In this document: one piece after another, positions 29,718-40,500 of the stretch
Layout: the number at the start of each line of letters is the position of its first letter
Numbering within the stretch: the stretch's first letter is position 1
Assembly (NCBI GenBank): GCA_938041455.1
Contig: CALITO010000008.1
Coordinates: 206,319-270,318 of the forward strand
DNA length: 64,000 bases
Reading direction: 5' to 3'
From: an uncultured bacterium
GTDB lineage: Bacteria; Armatimonadota; JACIXR01
Position numbers and translations under genes: made by a program
Notes under the pieces: model-generated
The model's database searches: none
Told to the model about the DNA's origin: nothing
Seen by the model: the letters and a program-made list of their open reading frames with translations, nothing else

Positions 29718-30555
29718 CTCCTATTTGGGAGAGGAAATCGGAGAGGGCATCTTGCCATTTCCTGAGAGGAGGGAAGTGGAAATTATCCCAAGCGAAGGTG
29801 CGGAGTGCAGAGTATGGGGGGCGTTTCGCCGGGCTAGGCCATTCCGAGGAGGTTATGGGCTTCAGGGGGGTAGATATACCTGCAAGTTTCAAGGCCTCTT
29901 GGGCAAATTCATACCAAGAAACTTCTCCTTGGTTGACAATATGGTAAATGCCGCAGAAGGGCGAATAAATTAGATGGGAAATTGCCTGCGCCAAATCATA
30001 GGTATAAGTGGGGGAGACTATTTGGTCGGAGACAACACTTAGTGGCCGCCCTTCCTTAGCCTTGCTCAATATAGTGGTCACGAAACTCTTCCCCTTAGTG
30101 CCGTAAAGTCCAGCGGTCCTAACTATGAAGAAACGTCTGTGAAGAGCCATAACCATTTTTTCCCCACCTAACTTGGATTTTCCATATACATTTAAAGGGT
30201 TCGGTTCATCGATTTCTAAATAAGGACTACCCTTCCTACCGTCGAACACATAATCCGTGCTTATATAAACTAACAAAGCACCTGTTTTGGCACAAGCGGA
30301 GGCGACAGCCCAAGTGCCCAATGTATTTACTCTATATGCCTTTTCAGGTTCCAATTCACACTGGTCAACATTGGTGAAAGCAGCACAATGAATAACAACA
30401 TCCGGCTTTAAGGAGGAGATAACATCCATAACTTTACCGCTATCCGTGATATCCAGTTCCTCTTTGGACAAAGGTATCAGTTCCTCCCTCTGGGAGAGGA
30501 CCATCTGGATGTCCGATGCTAACATCCCTTTGGCACCTGTTAAGATTATTCTCAT
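29710..30555 (-). CDS. rfbD: dTDP-4-dehydrorhamnose reductase
   Basis: 'TGAKGMLA', 'HCAAFTNVD.CE', 'YISTDYVFDG', 'YGKSK', 'DQIVSPTY', 'AKRP.YS'. Confidence 0.92.
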   Translation of the reverse strand: MRIILTGAKGMLASDIQMVLSQREELIPLSKEELDITDSGKVMDVISSLKPDVVIHCAAFTNVDQCELEPEKAYRVNTLGTWAVASACAKTGALLVYISTDYVFDGRKGSPYLEIDEPNPLNVYGKSKLGGEKMVMALHRRFFIVRTAGLYGTKGKSFVTTILSKAKEGRPLSVVSDQIVSPTYTYDLAQAISHLIYSPFCGIYHIVNQGEVSWYEFAQEALKLAGISTPLKPITSSEWPSPAKRPPYSALRTFAWDNFHFPPLRKWQDALSDFLSQIGGV

Positions 30556-30631
30556 TCTTTCCTCTCTAACAAAAAACTAAAGATATCCCAAATAAGGAAG
30601 GGAAAACCTTTACATCTTTTGCTTTTAATGT

Positions 30632-30660
30632 TTTATACACGAAAATAAGGCTTTTGGCAA
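30632..30660 (-). promoter_or_regulatory. Putative sigma70 promoter of the rfbD-ileS operon
   Basis: Minus strand TTGCCA-17 nt-TATAAA. Confidence 0.45.
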
Positions 30661-30726
30661 GGGAGTGTATAATTTAACATTTCTTCCTTATTTCAATAAA
30701 ACTAATCTAACAAAACCTGGGACTTG

Positions 30727-31714
30727 TTATAAATTACGGAGTTCTTCTATGTTCTTTCTTATCTTCATAGCAGCTTCCGCTATCTTTTCCACATCAGATG
30801 GTGGCTTGGGGAAAATTTGATGGGGAAAAGCACAAGCCTCGCTTTCTGCTCTCTGCAACCGGTAAATATAGCTTGGAATAATCCACTCCTTTACAATAAA
30901 GGGGACATCTTATAGGGCACCCAGTCCTCCCAAAACTTGCCTTTCTAAAAAGGGCATTTTGTAAAGGGGCTTTATGTGTCCCCTCTAACAGGGAACTCTC
31001 TCCGCCGCCAGTGCCTCCAAGAACTTGTCTCTGGATATGCCGTCCCACTTTTCCAGAATAAATTTTAAATGCCAATAATAGAAACACCAGCGCATAACCA
31101 TAGGGTCACGGTAAATGGACTCAACTCCTTCTACTTTCCTGAACAACTCTACGAGATAGTTAGAATTCCTTTCCCTTGTTTCTATCTGTTCGGGGAACCT
31201 CCTTAGTTGGGCTAATCCTATCGCCGCTTGCCACTCGGTCATCCACAAGTTCGTTCCAGGGCTATAATGCTCATAAAATCCCTTGCCGGGTAGGCGACCT
31301 ATATGGTGATAGGGGAAAGTTTTCTTGTAGAGTTCCTCATAGTTTGTGAGAATCATTCTCCCTTCTCCACAGGTCAAGGTTTTGCTCATCTGGAAGCTAA
31401 ATGTTCCTAATGGGAAACTGCATGTTCCTTTCTCCTTCCATTGGGAGCCGTGGGAATTGCGCGCAATCCGAGATAACATAAATCCCATATCTCTCCCCTA
31501 TCTCATTCAGGGCGTCCATATCGCAGGGCATACCCCCAACATCCACCCCCACTATAAACGGCAATAGCATAATTGAGCTCCCTGGAACTCGGCAAAAGCT
31601 TTCTCAAATTGGGCGACCTTGGACTGCCAGTAGCCTTCTTGTGTATAATCCCATCCCCAACCACCAAACCACCATTTCCCACTTTCTAAAACCTCAAATA
31701 GTTAACTTCGCCAT
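30727..31714 (-). pseudogene. Decayed DegT/DnrJ/EryC1/StrS family PLP aminotransferase
   Basis: Colinear fragments in different frames: MAKL / FEVLESGKWW..VAQFEKAFAEFQGA / YAIAV / VDVGGMPCDMDALNEI..YGIYVISDCA / SHGSQWK..GTFSFQMSKTLTCGEG..NLWMTEWQAAIGLAQL / ..AMKIRKNIEELRNL-stop; multiple frameshifts and internal deletions. Confidence 0.85.
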
Positions 31715-31815
31715 CCTATATCCTTAAGCATATTCTATGGGAAAAATATAGGGGTCAATCACTTGTCTTCGTTTTAATGCCCCTTAATCATTTGTATAAG
31801 TGAACCTTTTGGCAC

Positions 31816-31845
31816 TTGCTATTACCCCCCGGATTAAGGTAAAAT
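31816..31845 (+). promoter_or_regulatory. Putative sigma70 promoter of the amidase-murI-rph-chaperonin operon (very short leader)
   Basis: TTGCTA-18 nt-TAAAAT; ATG lies 9 nt after the -10; no SD. Confidence 0.5.
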
Positions 31846-31854
31846 AAATCGTAG

Positions 31855-33354
31855 ATGAGAAATAGCCTTGCTCTTTCCCTTTTGTTCCTGTTGTCTTCTC
31901 TCCTTTACCCCAGAGAGGAAGAGAAATGCCGAGTGTTCCTCCTTGGGAAGTCTTACGAATTACAGAGTTGTATTGTTGATCAAGGAAAGGTATTCGTTGC
32001 CCTGGATATTTCCCCTTTGTCCTCTCTGTTAAAAGAGACGAAATTGACGACTTTGAAAAAAGGCAACGAAACTTTTTACTCCCTAAATGATTTGAGCAAC
32101 CTGAAAGCTCTATCCTGCAAATGGGATGGAGAGAAAAAACAAGCAATCGTTGCAGTAAGGCTAAAGCGGGAAAACATAACTTGGGAAAGGACAACCTCTT
32201 CCCTGATCTTCCAAATTACTACGCCTGTACCTCTTTCCTTTCAAACCGGAATTCTATCTTCTCCCAATCGTGTTTTCTTGGATATTATAGGGGCTCATCT
32301 TTATCCGGCGAAAATTGAGGAAAACATTGGAGATAATCTCAAGATGAGGATAGAGCAACACTCCGTCGCTCCCGATGTGGTCAGATTTGTCTTGGACCTC
32401 CCGCTATACCTTCCCAAGGTGGAGTTTTCTCCCTCACCCTCCAACCGGATAACGATTTCGCTAACCTCTCCCTTAAAGGGAAAGGGAAGCGAATTAGAAG
32501 CTATACATATTATGAAGTCAGATGGTAGCACCTTTGCTTCCCTTAGGCTTTCCCAATTAAGCCAATATAAAACCCTGCTGCTTAAAAATCCACCTCGTCT
32601 TGCCATTGATATAAGCCCTGCCTATCTTTCTCCTTCCCTAATACTCCCCCAAGAGTTTTTCTCCCCTATTTCCCAGGTTCGCTGGTCCCAATTTTCTTAT
32701 GACCCGCCAACGGTGAGGGTGGTTTTCGACCTTGAGAAAGAAACGAGGGTGGAGATAAGGAGTGAACCTTCTCTTATTCAGGTGAAGTTCGGTTCCGTAG
32801 CTCCCAGGGAGTTTCGGAATCTGGAGAAACTCAAGATAGTTATAGATCCCGGACATGGAGGAAGCGAGCCGGGAGCGATAAGCAAGAACGGAGTGAGGGA
32901 AAAGGATATCAATTTGGACATAGCGCGGAGAGTAAAGGTGATTCTCCCAACCGTCTTTTTAACCAGGGAGGATGATATAGATGTATCCTTAGAGGGAAGG
33001 GTGAATTTTGCCTATCAGGTGAATGCGGATGTTTTTATAAGCATTCACAATAACTCTATGCCCGAGGGTAGAGTGGGAACGGGAACGGAAACATATTATT
33101 TTAGGGAGGATAGTTTAATTTTGGCCCAGTGTGTCCACGAAGTGCTTGTCTCCAAGCTCGGGCTTCCCGATGGGGGAGTGAAAAGACGAGGTTTCTATGT
33201 GATAAAGAATTCCCCTTGCCCCTCCATTCTCATTGAAGGAGCTTATCTTTCCAATCCATCAGAGGAAAAATTGCTCGTTACTGAGGAATTTCGTCAAAGA
33301 ATAGCCGAGGCAGTAGTGGAAGGATTAAGAAAATATTTTGAGGGAGGAAAATGA
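31855..33354 (+). CDS. N-acetylmuramoyl-L-alanine amidase (Amidase_3) with two AMIN domains
   Basis: Signal peptide; AMIN motifs 'PNRVFLDI..VVRFVLDL' and 'PPRLAIDI..TVRVVFDL'; 'IDPGHGG.EPGA', 'EKDINL', 'FISIHNN', 'SILIE'. Confidence 0.93.
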   Translation: MRNSLALSLLFLLSSLLYPREEEKCRVFLLGKSYELQSCIVDQGKVFVALDISPLSSLLKETKLTTLKKGNETFYSLNDLSNLKALSCKWDGEKKQAIVAVRLKRENITWERTTSSLIFQITTPVPLSFQTGILSSPNRVFLDIIGAHLYPAKIEENIGDNLKMRIEQHSVAPDVVRFVLDLPLYLPKVEFSPSPSNRITISLTSPLKGKGSELEAIHIMKSDGSTFASLRLSQLSQYKTLLLKNPPRLAIDISPAYLSPSLILPQEFFSPISQVRWSQFSYDPPTVRVVFDLEKETRVEIRSEPSLIQVKFGSVAPREFRNLEKLKIVIDPGHGGSEPGAISKNGVREKDINLDIARRVKVILPTVFLTREDDIDVSLEGRVNFAYQVNADVFISIHNNSMPEGRVGTGTETYYFREDSLILAQCVHEVLVSKLGLPDGGVKRRGFYVIKNSPCPSILIEGAYLSNPSEEKLLVTEEFRQRIAEAVVEGLRKYFEGGK

Positions 33355-33884
33355 AAATATCTACCAAAAGTCTCTTCGTCTTGCTGATCATTTGTGTGCT
33401 TCTCCTCAGCTTGATCCTTTTTCTAAGGTTGCGCCGTGAGGGAAAAGAAGAAGCGGTGTGGGAAGAAGTGAAACTTTATCTCGCTGATTACACCTCCGCT
33501 GGGGGACCCTTTCTCATTCCAGTGAAGGTTAAGGTAGAAAAAAACGATGTGCTCGCCTCCGCTATGGACTTATTGAGAAATCCACCCCCTTATATTAGGG
33601 GAGTTTCCTCTCCCCTTCCAAAGGGCGCAAACCTTCTATCAGCAGAAGTGAAGGGAGATATCGCCTACCTCAACTTCTCCAAAGAACTGAAGGATAATTT
33701 CCCCGGGGGTTCTACAAACGAGATGTTGGTAGTCTATGGGATAGTTAACACCGCCTGTTCGCTAAAGAAGATAAAAAGGGTTCAGATACTTATAGAGGGG
33801 AAGGTAATAGATAGCTTGGGAGGGCATTTAGAAATCTCCGCTCCTTTGGAGCCCGATACTGAACTGGTCAAATGGAAAAGCTAA
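33351..33884 (+). CDS. GerMN domain membrane-anchored protein
   Basis: N-terminal TM; 'AYLNFS.E......GGS..E...VY.IVNT......IKRVQILIEG'. Confidence 0.88.
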   Translation: MKISTKSLFVLLIICVLLLSLILFLRLRREGKEEAVWEEVKLYLADYTSAGGPFLIPVKVKVEKNDVLASAMDLLRNPPPYIRGVSSPLPKGANLLSAEVKGDIAYLNFSKELKDNFPGGSTNEMLVVYGIVNTACSLKKIKRVQILIEGKVIDSLGGHLEISAPLEPDTELVKWKS

Positions 33885-34666
33885 GCGAGCCCATAGGGAT
33901 ATTCGATTCCGGTGTAGGAGGGCTCACCGTTGCCCGAGCCATTTTAAATCTTCTACCCGGAGAATCCCTTCTTTACTTTGCTGATACAAGAAACATACCC
34001 TATGGGGAACATCCCCCAGAGGAGGTGGAGGATTTCGCTCTAAGAATAACTTCTTATTTGGTTCAGAGGGGTATTAAGCTCCTTGCTATTGCTTGTAATT
34101 ATTCCTCTGCTCTTATCTATCACAAGGTCAAGGAGTTGTATCCTAACTTACCTGTTGTTGGTGTTCTGCAGGCTGGGGCAAGATTAGCGGGCAATTCGCC
34201 CTACGAGATTATCGGCGTCCTGGCAACTCGTGGCACGGTTAAAACAAGGGTTTATCCCCTAGAGATAAAGAAGTTCAACCCTCTAAAGAAAATCTTCCAA
34301 ACAAGTTGTCCCTTTTTGGTATCGCTTATAGAAGGTTTTGCACCTTTAGGGGAAATTCGCTCCGCCTTGAAGCCTTGTCTCAAGAAGTTAGAGAGAAAAG
34401 GAATAGAGGCATTAGTTTTGGGATGTACTCATTATCCATTGGTAAAAGACTTGATCGAAGAAGAGTTAGGGGGAAAGATAGCCCTACTTGACCCAGCGGA
34501 GGAAATGGCGAAGGAAGTGGAGCAAATTTTAAAGGTATCAAATTTAGTTTCTCAGAGTTCCTCTCACCACAGCTTTATTGTTTCGGGCAACGATGCTTCC
34601 CTAAAGAAGTTCCTACCTTTGCTATTGGGAGTTAATATAATAAAAATAGAACATGTTGAATTATAA
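33872..34666 (+). CDS. murI: Glutamate racemase
   Basis: 'PIGIFDSGVGGLTV', 'PYG', 'IACN', 'LGCTHYP'. Confidence 0.96.
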   Translation: MEKLSEPIGIFDSGVGGLTVARAILNLLPGESLLYFADTRNIPYGEHPPEEVEDFALRITSYLVQRGIKLLAIACNYSSALIYHKVKELYPNLPVVGVLQAGARLAGNSPYEIIGVLATRGTVKTRVYPLEIKKFNPLKKIFQTSCPFLVSLIEGFAPLGEIRSALKPCLKKLERKGIEALVLGCTHYPLVKDLIEEELGGKIALLDPAEEMAKEVEQILKVSNLVSQSSSHHSFIVSGNDASLKKFLPLLLGVNIIKIEHVEL

Positions 34667-34678
34667 GAGGAGGTTTTA

Positions 34679-35413
34679 ATGCTCAGAATAGATGGAAGAA
34701 CAAACGACCAGCTTCGTCCCATTTCCTTCAAGAGGGGGGTGGTGAAATATGCGGAGGGTTCTTGTTACATTGAGCAGGGCGATACCAAACTTATATGCAC
34801 TGCTACGGTAGAGGAGGAGAAAGTTCCCTCTTTTCTTCGGGGCTCAGGAAGTGGCTGGATAACTGCGGAGTATGGAATGCTTCCCCGTTCCACGAGGACC
34901 CGTACTCCGCGAGAAAGTTCCAAGAATTTCCCCATTGGAAGGGTAATGGAGATAAGAAGGATGATAGGGAGGAGCTTGCGGGCCGCCTTTGACCTCCAAA
35001 AGTTAGGAGAACGGACGATAATCGTAGACTGCGATGTCATAACCGCCGATGGGGGGACAAGGTGCGCTGCCGTCAACGCCGGTTTCATAGCAGTTGTTGA
35101 AGCCCTTCATTATCTTAAAAATCTCGGTATATTGAAAAGTCTCCCCATATTAGATTATCTCGCCTCTGTAAGTGCAGGAATAGTTATGGGTAAGGAAATG
35201 ATAGACCTTTGCTTTGAAGAGGATTCCACTGCTTCCGTGGATATGAACCTCGTTATGACAGAGAAAGGAAGAATCGTGGAGCTCCAAGCCACCGCAGAAG
35301 GAGTTCCCTTCACAAAGGAACAATTAGACCACCTGCTGGAGATGGCAAAATCTGCCATCTTTCGCATTATTTCCTTACAAAAGGAAACACTAAAAGATAT
35401 CTTAGAAAAATAG
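34679..35413 (+). CDS. rph: Ribonuclease PH
   Basis: 'RIDGR..DQLR', 'GWITAEYGMLPRST', 'DCDVI.ADGGTR', 'DMNLVMT'. Confidence 0.96.
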   Translation: MLRIDGRTNDQLRPISFKRGVVKYAEGSCYIEQGDTKLICTATVEEEKVPSFLRGSGSGWITAEYGMLPRSTRTRTPRESSKNFPIGRVMEIRRMIGRSLRAAFDLQKLGERTIIVDCDVITADGGTRCAAVNAGFIAVVEALHYLKNLGILKSLPILDYLASVSAGIVMGKEMIDLCFEEDSTASVDMNLVMTEKGRIVELQATAEGVPFTKEQLDHLLEMAKSAIFRIISLQKETLKDILEK

Positions 35414-35425
35414 GAGGTTGAGGAT

Positions 35426-35929
35426 ATGAACAACTTTTTGGGAAGCCTATACCAGCATATCTTCTATTTTGTTCTTGCTGACACCTTTTTTATATTGCTT
35501 TTCCTTTTGCTTCTTCTATTTCTCTTTAGGAAGGTAAAGGAAACAAATCGCCTTCTCCAGTGGCTTGGAGAGGGGGAGAAGGTGAAAGATGTCAGGCTTC
35601 TACTTGCCCGCCAGCGAACTTTTATTGAGGAGGTGGAAAAGAACTTCTCCGCTCTGAGAGAAGAGATAAAGGAAATAAAGGAAAAGCAGTTGGAAACCCT
35701 GCAGAAGGTTGGTTTTATACGCTTTGACGCTTTTAAAGACATAGGAGGCGAATTGAGCTTTTCCCTTGCTCTTCTCAACGGCAAGAATGAGGGAGTAGTA
35801 ATAAGCAGTTTACATGGGAGGGAAGGTTCAAGGGTTTACGGGAAGACGATCAAGGATGGTTCCTCAGGCTTTCCTCTCTCTGATGAGGAAAAGGAAGCAA
35901 TAAATAGGGCGCTTAGTGGAGGTGAATAG
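35426..35929 (+). CDS. DUF4446 family membrane-anchored protein
   Basis: TM plus coiled coil; '[24 protein letters not shown]....[16 protein letters not shown]....G.S...LS.EE'. Confidence 0.85.
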   Translation: MNNFLGSLYQHIFYFVLADTFFILLFLLLLLFLFRKVKETNRLLQWLGEGEKVKDVRLLLARQRTFIEEVEKNFSALREEIKEIKEKQLETLQKVGFIRFDAFKDIGGELSFSLALLNGKNEGVVISSLHGREGSRVYGKTIKDGSSGFPLSDEEKEAINRALSGGE

Positions 35930-35932
35930 AAA

Positions 35933-37513
35933 ATGGGAAGCGATGTGAAGAATGTATCCAAATCTGAGGTTGATGAGCGCCTATCTGCCCTCATAAGTAA
36001 TGCCTCAGCTATAAGGGCGGTAGCCTCAGCTGTGGAGGGGACATTAGGTCCGAAAGGGTTAAATTGTATGCTTGTGGATAGGTTTGGCGATGTGGTGATA
36101 ACAAACGATGGTGCAACTATTCTCAGCAAGATAGAGGTAAACCATCCAGCGGGGAAAATGTTGATAAATGCAGCGAAGGCCCAGGATGAGGAGGTCGGCG
36201 ATGGGACGACCACTGTTACGCTTTTGGCTTCTGCCCTCATATCGGAGGGAGTTAATCTTGCCCTGCGAGGTGTGCCCATAGCGAAGTTAATAGAAGGAAT
36301 AAAGATTGGTATCAAGAGGGCTATAAAGGTTATGGAACAAAACAGTAGACCCATAGAGAATTTTCTCTCTCCTCTTCTTTACCGTGCTGCTTATGTGGCC
36401 GGACGGGAGAATGAAGATATAGCAAGGATAGCCGTTGAAGCAGGAAGGATTATGGGAAAAGAGAAGTTATTGGACCCTGCCTTCAAGTTGAAGGACATGG
36501 TAGTGGCAAAGGAAGGGGCTGAGAACGAGGTTTTTCTTGGCTTAATCATCAACAAGGAGCGGATGAACCGCCAGATGCCTCGGAGAGTGGAGAAAACACC
36601 TGTTCTGGTAGTGGACGATGCCTTGGAACCAGAGGAAATAGAGGACGATGCCTTGGCAACGGAAAGTGGGTTTAGGGAGTATCAGAGGTTGCGTCAGGAG
36701 TTCAAGCAAGGGATAGAAAAGGTGATATCCCTAGGGGTGAAATTCGTTGCGGTTTCAAAGGGTGTTGATAGACTGGCAGAGGAAATGCTCACAGATGCAG
36801 GTGTTATGGTGCTCAGACGTCTCTCAAATAAGGAAATAAGCAAACTTTCCGAACATACCGGGGCTAAACCAATAAAGAGAACTTCCCTCTCGAAATCGAA
36901 GGATGAATTGCAAACATTCCTTGGGTATGCGGAGGCCGTTTACCACGATGAAAAGCTCGAGCATACCCGCATTATGGGGGGGAAAGGTAAGCCTGTGGCG
37001 ACAATCCTTGTCGGCGCTGCTACTGAGGAAGTGAAGGAAGAAAGGGAAAGGATCGCAAAGGATGCTGCTGCAGCTGTTCAATCAGCAATAAAAGGTGGCG
37101 TCCTTCCAGGAGGAGGAGCGATAGAACTCTACGCAATAAAGGAGGTTGAAAAAGCGAGAGAAGAAACAAAGGGGATGGCAGTCTATGGTATAGATTGCGT
37201 TATAGAAGCACTTAAAAAACCATTAACTCACATAGTGCTCAACGCGGGATTCAACCCCCTTGAAAAGATAGGAGATGTTCTTGCTCAACAAGCGAAAAAT
37301 AATAACGATGCTCTCGCAATAGATTGCGACACAGGCGAGATCGCGGATATGATGGAATTAGGAATCGTAGACCCTACATTGGTCAAAGTATTCGCCCTCA
37401 AGACGGCAGGAGAATTTGCAGAGGCAATCCTCAGAATCAATATGATTATCAAAAAGAAAGAAGAACCATCAGGGGAGGAAAAAGAGAAAAGCGCGCATAG
37501 CGAGGAAGTGTGA
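35933..37513 (+). CDS. TCP-1/thermosome-like (archaeal-like, group III-type) chaperonin
   Basis: '[24 protein letters not shown]', 'HPAGKM', '[11 protein letters not shown]', 'GGGAIE', 'GIVDP..VK..AL..A.E.A..ILRI': group II-like rather than GroEL; no adjacent groES. Confidence 0.92.
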   Translation: MGSDVKNVSKSEVDERLSALISNASAIRAVASAVEGTLGPKGLNCMLVDRFGDVVITNDGATILSKIEVNHPAGKMLINAAKAQDEEVGDGTTTVTLLASALISEGVNLALRGVPIAKLIEGIKIGIKRAIKVMEQNSRPIENFLSPLLYRAAYVAGRENEDIARIAVEAGRIMGKEKLLDPAFKLKDMVVAKEGAENEVFLGLIINKERMNRQMPRRVEKTPVLVVDDALEPEEIEDDALATESGFREYQRLRQEFKQGIEKVISLGVKFVAVSKGVDRLAEEMLTDAGVMVLRRLSNKEISKLSEHTGAKPIKRTSLSKSKDELQTFLGYAEAVYHDEKLEHTRIMGGKGKPVATILVGAATEEVKEERERIAKDAAAAVQSAIKGGVLPGGGAIELYAIKEVEKAREETKGMAVYGIDCVIEALKKPLTHIVLNAGFNPLEKIGDVLAQQAKNNNDALAIDCDTGEIADMMELGIVDPTLVKVFALKTAGEFAEAILRINMIIKKKEEPSGEEKEKSAHSEEV

Positions 37514-37516
37514 CCA

Positions 37517-40500
37517 ATGTCTAAATGGGGAGGGAAATTTGTCATTCTTCTATGGCTATCTTTCTCCTTTCACTCCCTTGCCTCTGAAGTTATCCAGTTT
37601 ATGGTGGTTAATAAGAGTGACCAACTTCTTTTCCAGAAAATCATTAGTTACCAATTATCTCGCCCTTTAGAATATTCTCCATCTGTTGTGGAGAGCACCG
37701 GGGGAAAGAGCGAGGAGGTGGCTTCCCAATATGATAAGGAAAGCAAAAGCTTGCTCGTTCTCCTCTCAGGCTTAACGAAGCCGGCTGAAACGAGGACTTT
37801 CCGAATAGAACTTGAAAGAAAAACTAATTCAACCACTGACCTCAAACTCGAGGAGACGAAGAATACCATTTTGGTTGGCAATACCTACTTTCAAGTTGAA
37901 CATCCCAAAAAAGGTGATGGAGGGTTCCCCACCTACATCCTTTTCAATGTTTCGGGCAACAAAGAACGCTTTATCTTTGAGGACCGCCTCTATGAGAAAA
38001 AAGAGGGATACTTCACCCTTAGAGGAGACCCAGAATCTTCTACCAGAGTTCTCTCCAAAGGTCCCCTGGAAATAGTAATTGAAGCTAAGGCACGCTATTT
38101 CAGTAATCGTTATGCCCCAGGAAACGCTCGCGCTACCTATACCTATAGATATCGTGCTTATAGCCCCTATATAGAAGTTTTAGCTAAAGTAGAAAAGGAC
38201 GACGATTTCTCCTGGAGCGAGCTTCACTTTCTCCAGATATCCCGCAAGGATAATACTTTCCTTTTCTGGGCAGGTGGTGAACCTTTGCAACGGGGTATAT
38301 TCACCGATTCCCGTCAAGGTAAGTTACTGGAGAAATGGGCGGTTATGTTCAATTACGAAGACGCTATCGGACTTTACACAGAGAAAAATATCTCCCTTTT
38401 CGATGGGATAAGCGAGTATTATAACTATATTCAAGAATCCGTAGCGCCCTTCACAGAAAAGGTCAGTGCCTTTCACGCCTGGATTTATGTGGGACCCCCT
38501 CCGAGCGATTTAAGTAAGACCTTTGCCGACATCTCAAGGGAAGGAAAAATAGAAATCCATCCCCTACCCTTTACCACCGCCAACTTTCACCACCCTAAAT
38601 ACAAAATGGAAAACAAAATCATACAAATAGGTTTTGCTTCAGAAGAAGACGGTTTTGGGGTTGTAAGTCTTCTCAATAAACTTACTGGCGAGGAGTTCCT
38701 CCGGGTTCCTCCTGAGGAAAATCCCTTAATTTGGCGAATCATCCTTTCCCGAATGGGAAAGGATAATCTAACGATAGATAACACTGTGCCTTCTTTGAAG
38801 AACATACAAAGGAGACGAACAAAATCGGGTCTTGAATGCCAACTTACTTGGCGCAATATAAACATAGGGGAAGAAAAGGGTGTTCTGGATATATCGGTCA
38901 CGGTGGAACTCTCTGATGATTCTCCCCTTTCCCTTTGGCGGATATCAGTAAATAACCGGAGCAAGGTTTATGGTTTGTGGGAAATCCATTTCCCTCTATT
39001 TTCTCCGCTGGGCGAACCAAAAGAAGTCGATGTAGCTGTGCCTCGTTCTAACTGGGGTCTACTCTATCGGAAGTGGGAAGGAAATGTTTCCGGATATTAT
39101 CCAAGTTGTGATTGGCCTATGCAGTTCGTTTCTCTTAATAAAAGAGATAGTGGGCTTTACCTTGCTTGTTACGATCCCCAAGCTTGGACAAAATCCTTCT
39201 CTTACAAACCGGGTTCCCAATTCTACTTCAATGTATGGGCGGAGAATATGGGTATAGCAGGCTCCGATTTCCATTCCTTTCCATTCGCCATAGGAGTCTT
39301 TCAAGGCAACTGGATTAAAGCTTGCAAACTTTATCGAGAATGGGCGATTAGAAATGCACCCTGGACTAAAAAGGGACCACTAACAAAACGCAAGGATACA
39401 CCAGAGATAATAAAAAATCTGGGACTCTGGATGCTGGGCGGAGGAACAAAGGAAGAAGTTATCCCTCCTATGCTTAAAGCTAAGGAGTTCTTCCAGGTCC
39501 CCATCGGAATCCATTGGTACAATTGGCATCAGATCGGTTTTGATACGGAATACCCAAATTACTTTCCCTATAAACCGGGTTTCCCTCAAGGTGTGAAGGA
39601 ACTCACCAATAGGGGAATTATCGCCATGCCTTATATAAACGGTAGACTTTGGGATTCTTCCCTTGATAGTTTCAAAAACGAGGCCATAGTTTGGGCTACG
39701 AAAAACTCTGCTGGCGAACCCTATATAGAAGTTTATAATCCTCAAGTAAAACATGCTGTGATGTGTCCTTATACAACTTTTTGGCAGAATAAGGTGAACG
39801 GGATAGTAGAGAGACTGATAAAGGAATGTGGAGTAAACGCCATATATATAGATCAGATAGGTGCAGCGGGCTCCGTGCTTTGCTTTGACAAGAACCATAC
39901 CCATCCCATAGGAGGAGGAGGATATTGGGTATCGGGATATAGAGAATTATTGAAGAAGGTCAAGGAAAAATGCGCTGGCGGGGTTGCCATAACTACGGAG
40001 AACAACGCTGAGCCCTATATGGACGGGGTTGATGCTTTCCTTATCTGGAACCCTCGCCATCCTGACGAAATTCCAATGATGACCACTGTTTACAGTGGAT
40101 ATACTATTTATTTCTCCAGTCCTACCCACGGCTACTCCGATACCATTTCCTTCGCAATGCTTCAAGGAAGAGATTTCCTCTGGGGATGTCAACTTGGCTG
40201 GATGGGATTCGAACTTCTTTCTCCCGAGCATAAGGAAAAAGCAGAGTTCCTGAGAACTCTCGCCAAATATAGAATGGTTTCTCTAAAGTACCTTATCTAT
40301 GGAGAACTGCTCGGGGAAATAGAACCCCTCAATGAAATTCCCAAAGTTAAAGGAACTTGGTTCCAGTGGGGTGGAGGAACATTTACCGCGGAACTTCCCG
40401 CTGTTATGGGCACATATTGGAAGGGGGCGGATGGGACTATAGGAGCTCTCATCGTCAATGTCAGCGACAGAGAACAAGCTTTCTCCTTTTCCTTACCCCG

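Noticed and set aside
22423..31714. Gfo/Idh/MocA plus DegT as a GnnA/GnnB pair for diamino lipid A
   Set aside because: They are about 7 kb apart, unlinked to lpxA, and the DegT gene is a pseudogene.
36613..36656. 14-bp direct repeat GGACGATGCCTTGG, two copies 30 bp apart
   Set aside because: In frame within the chaperonin (DDAL twice); only two copies; not CRISPR-like.
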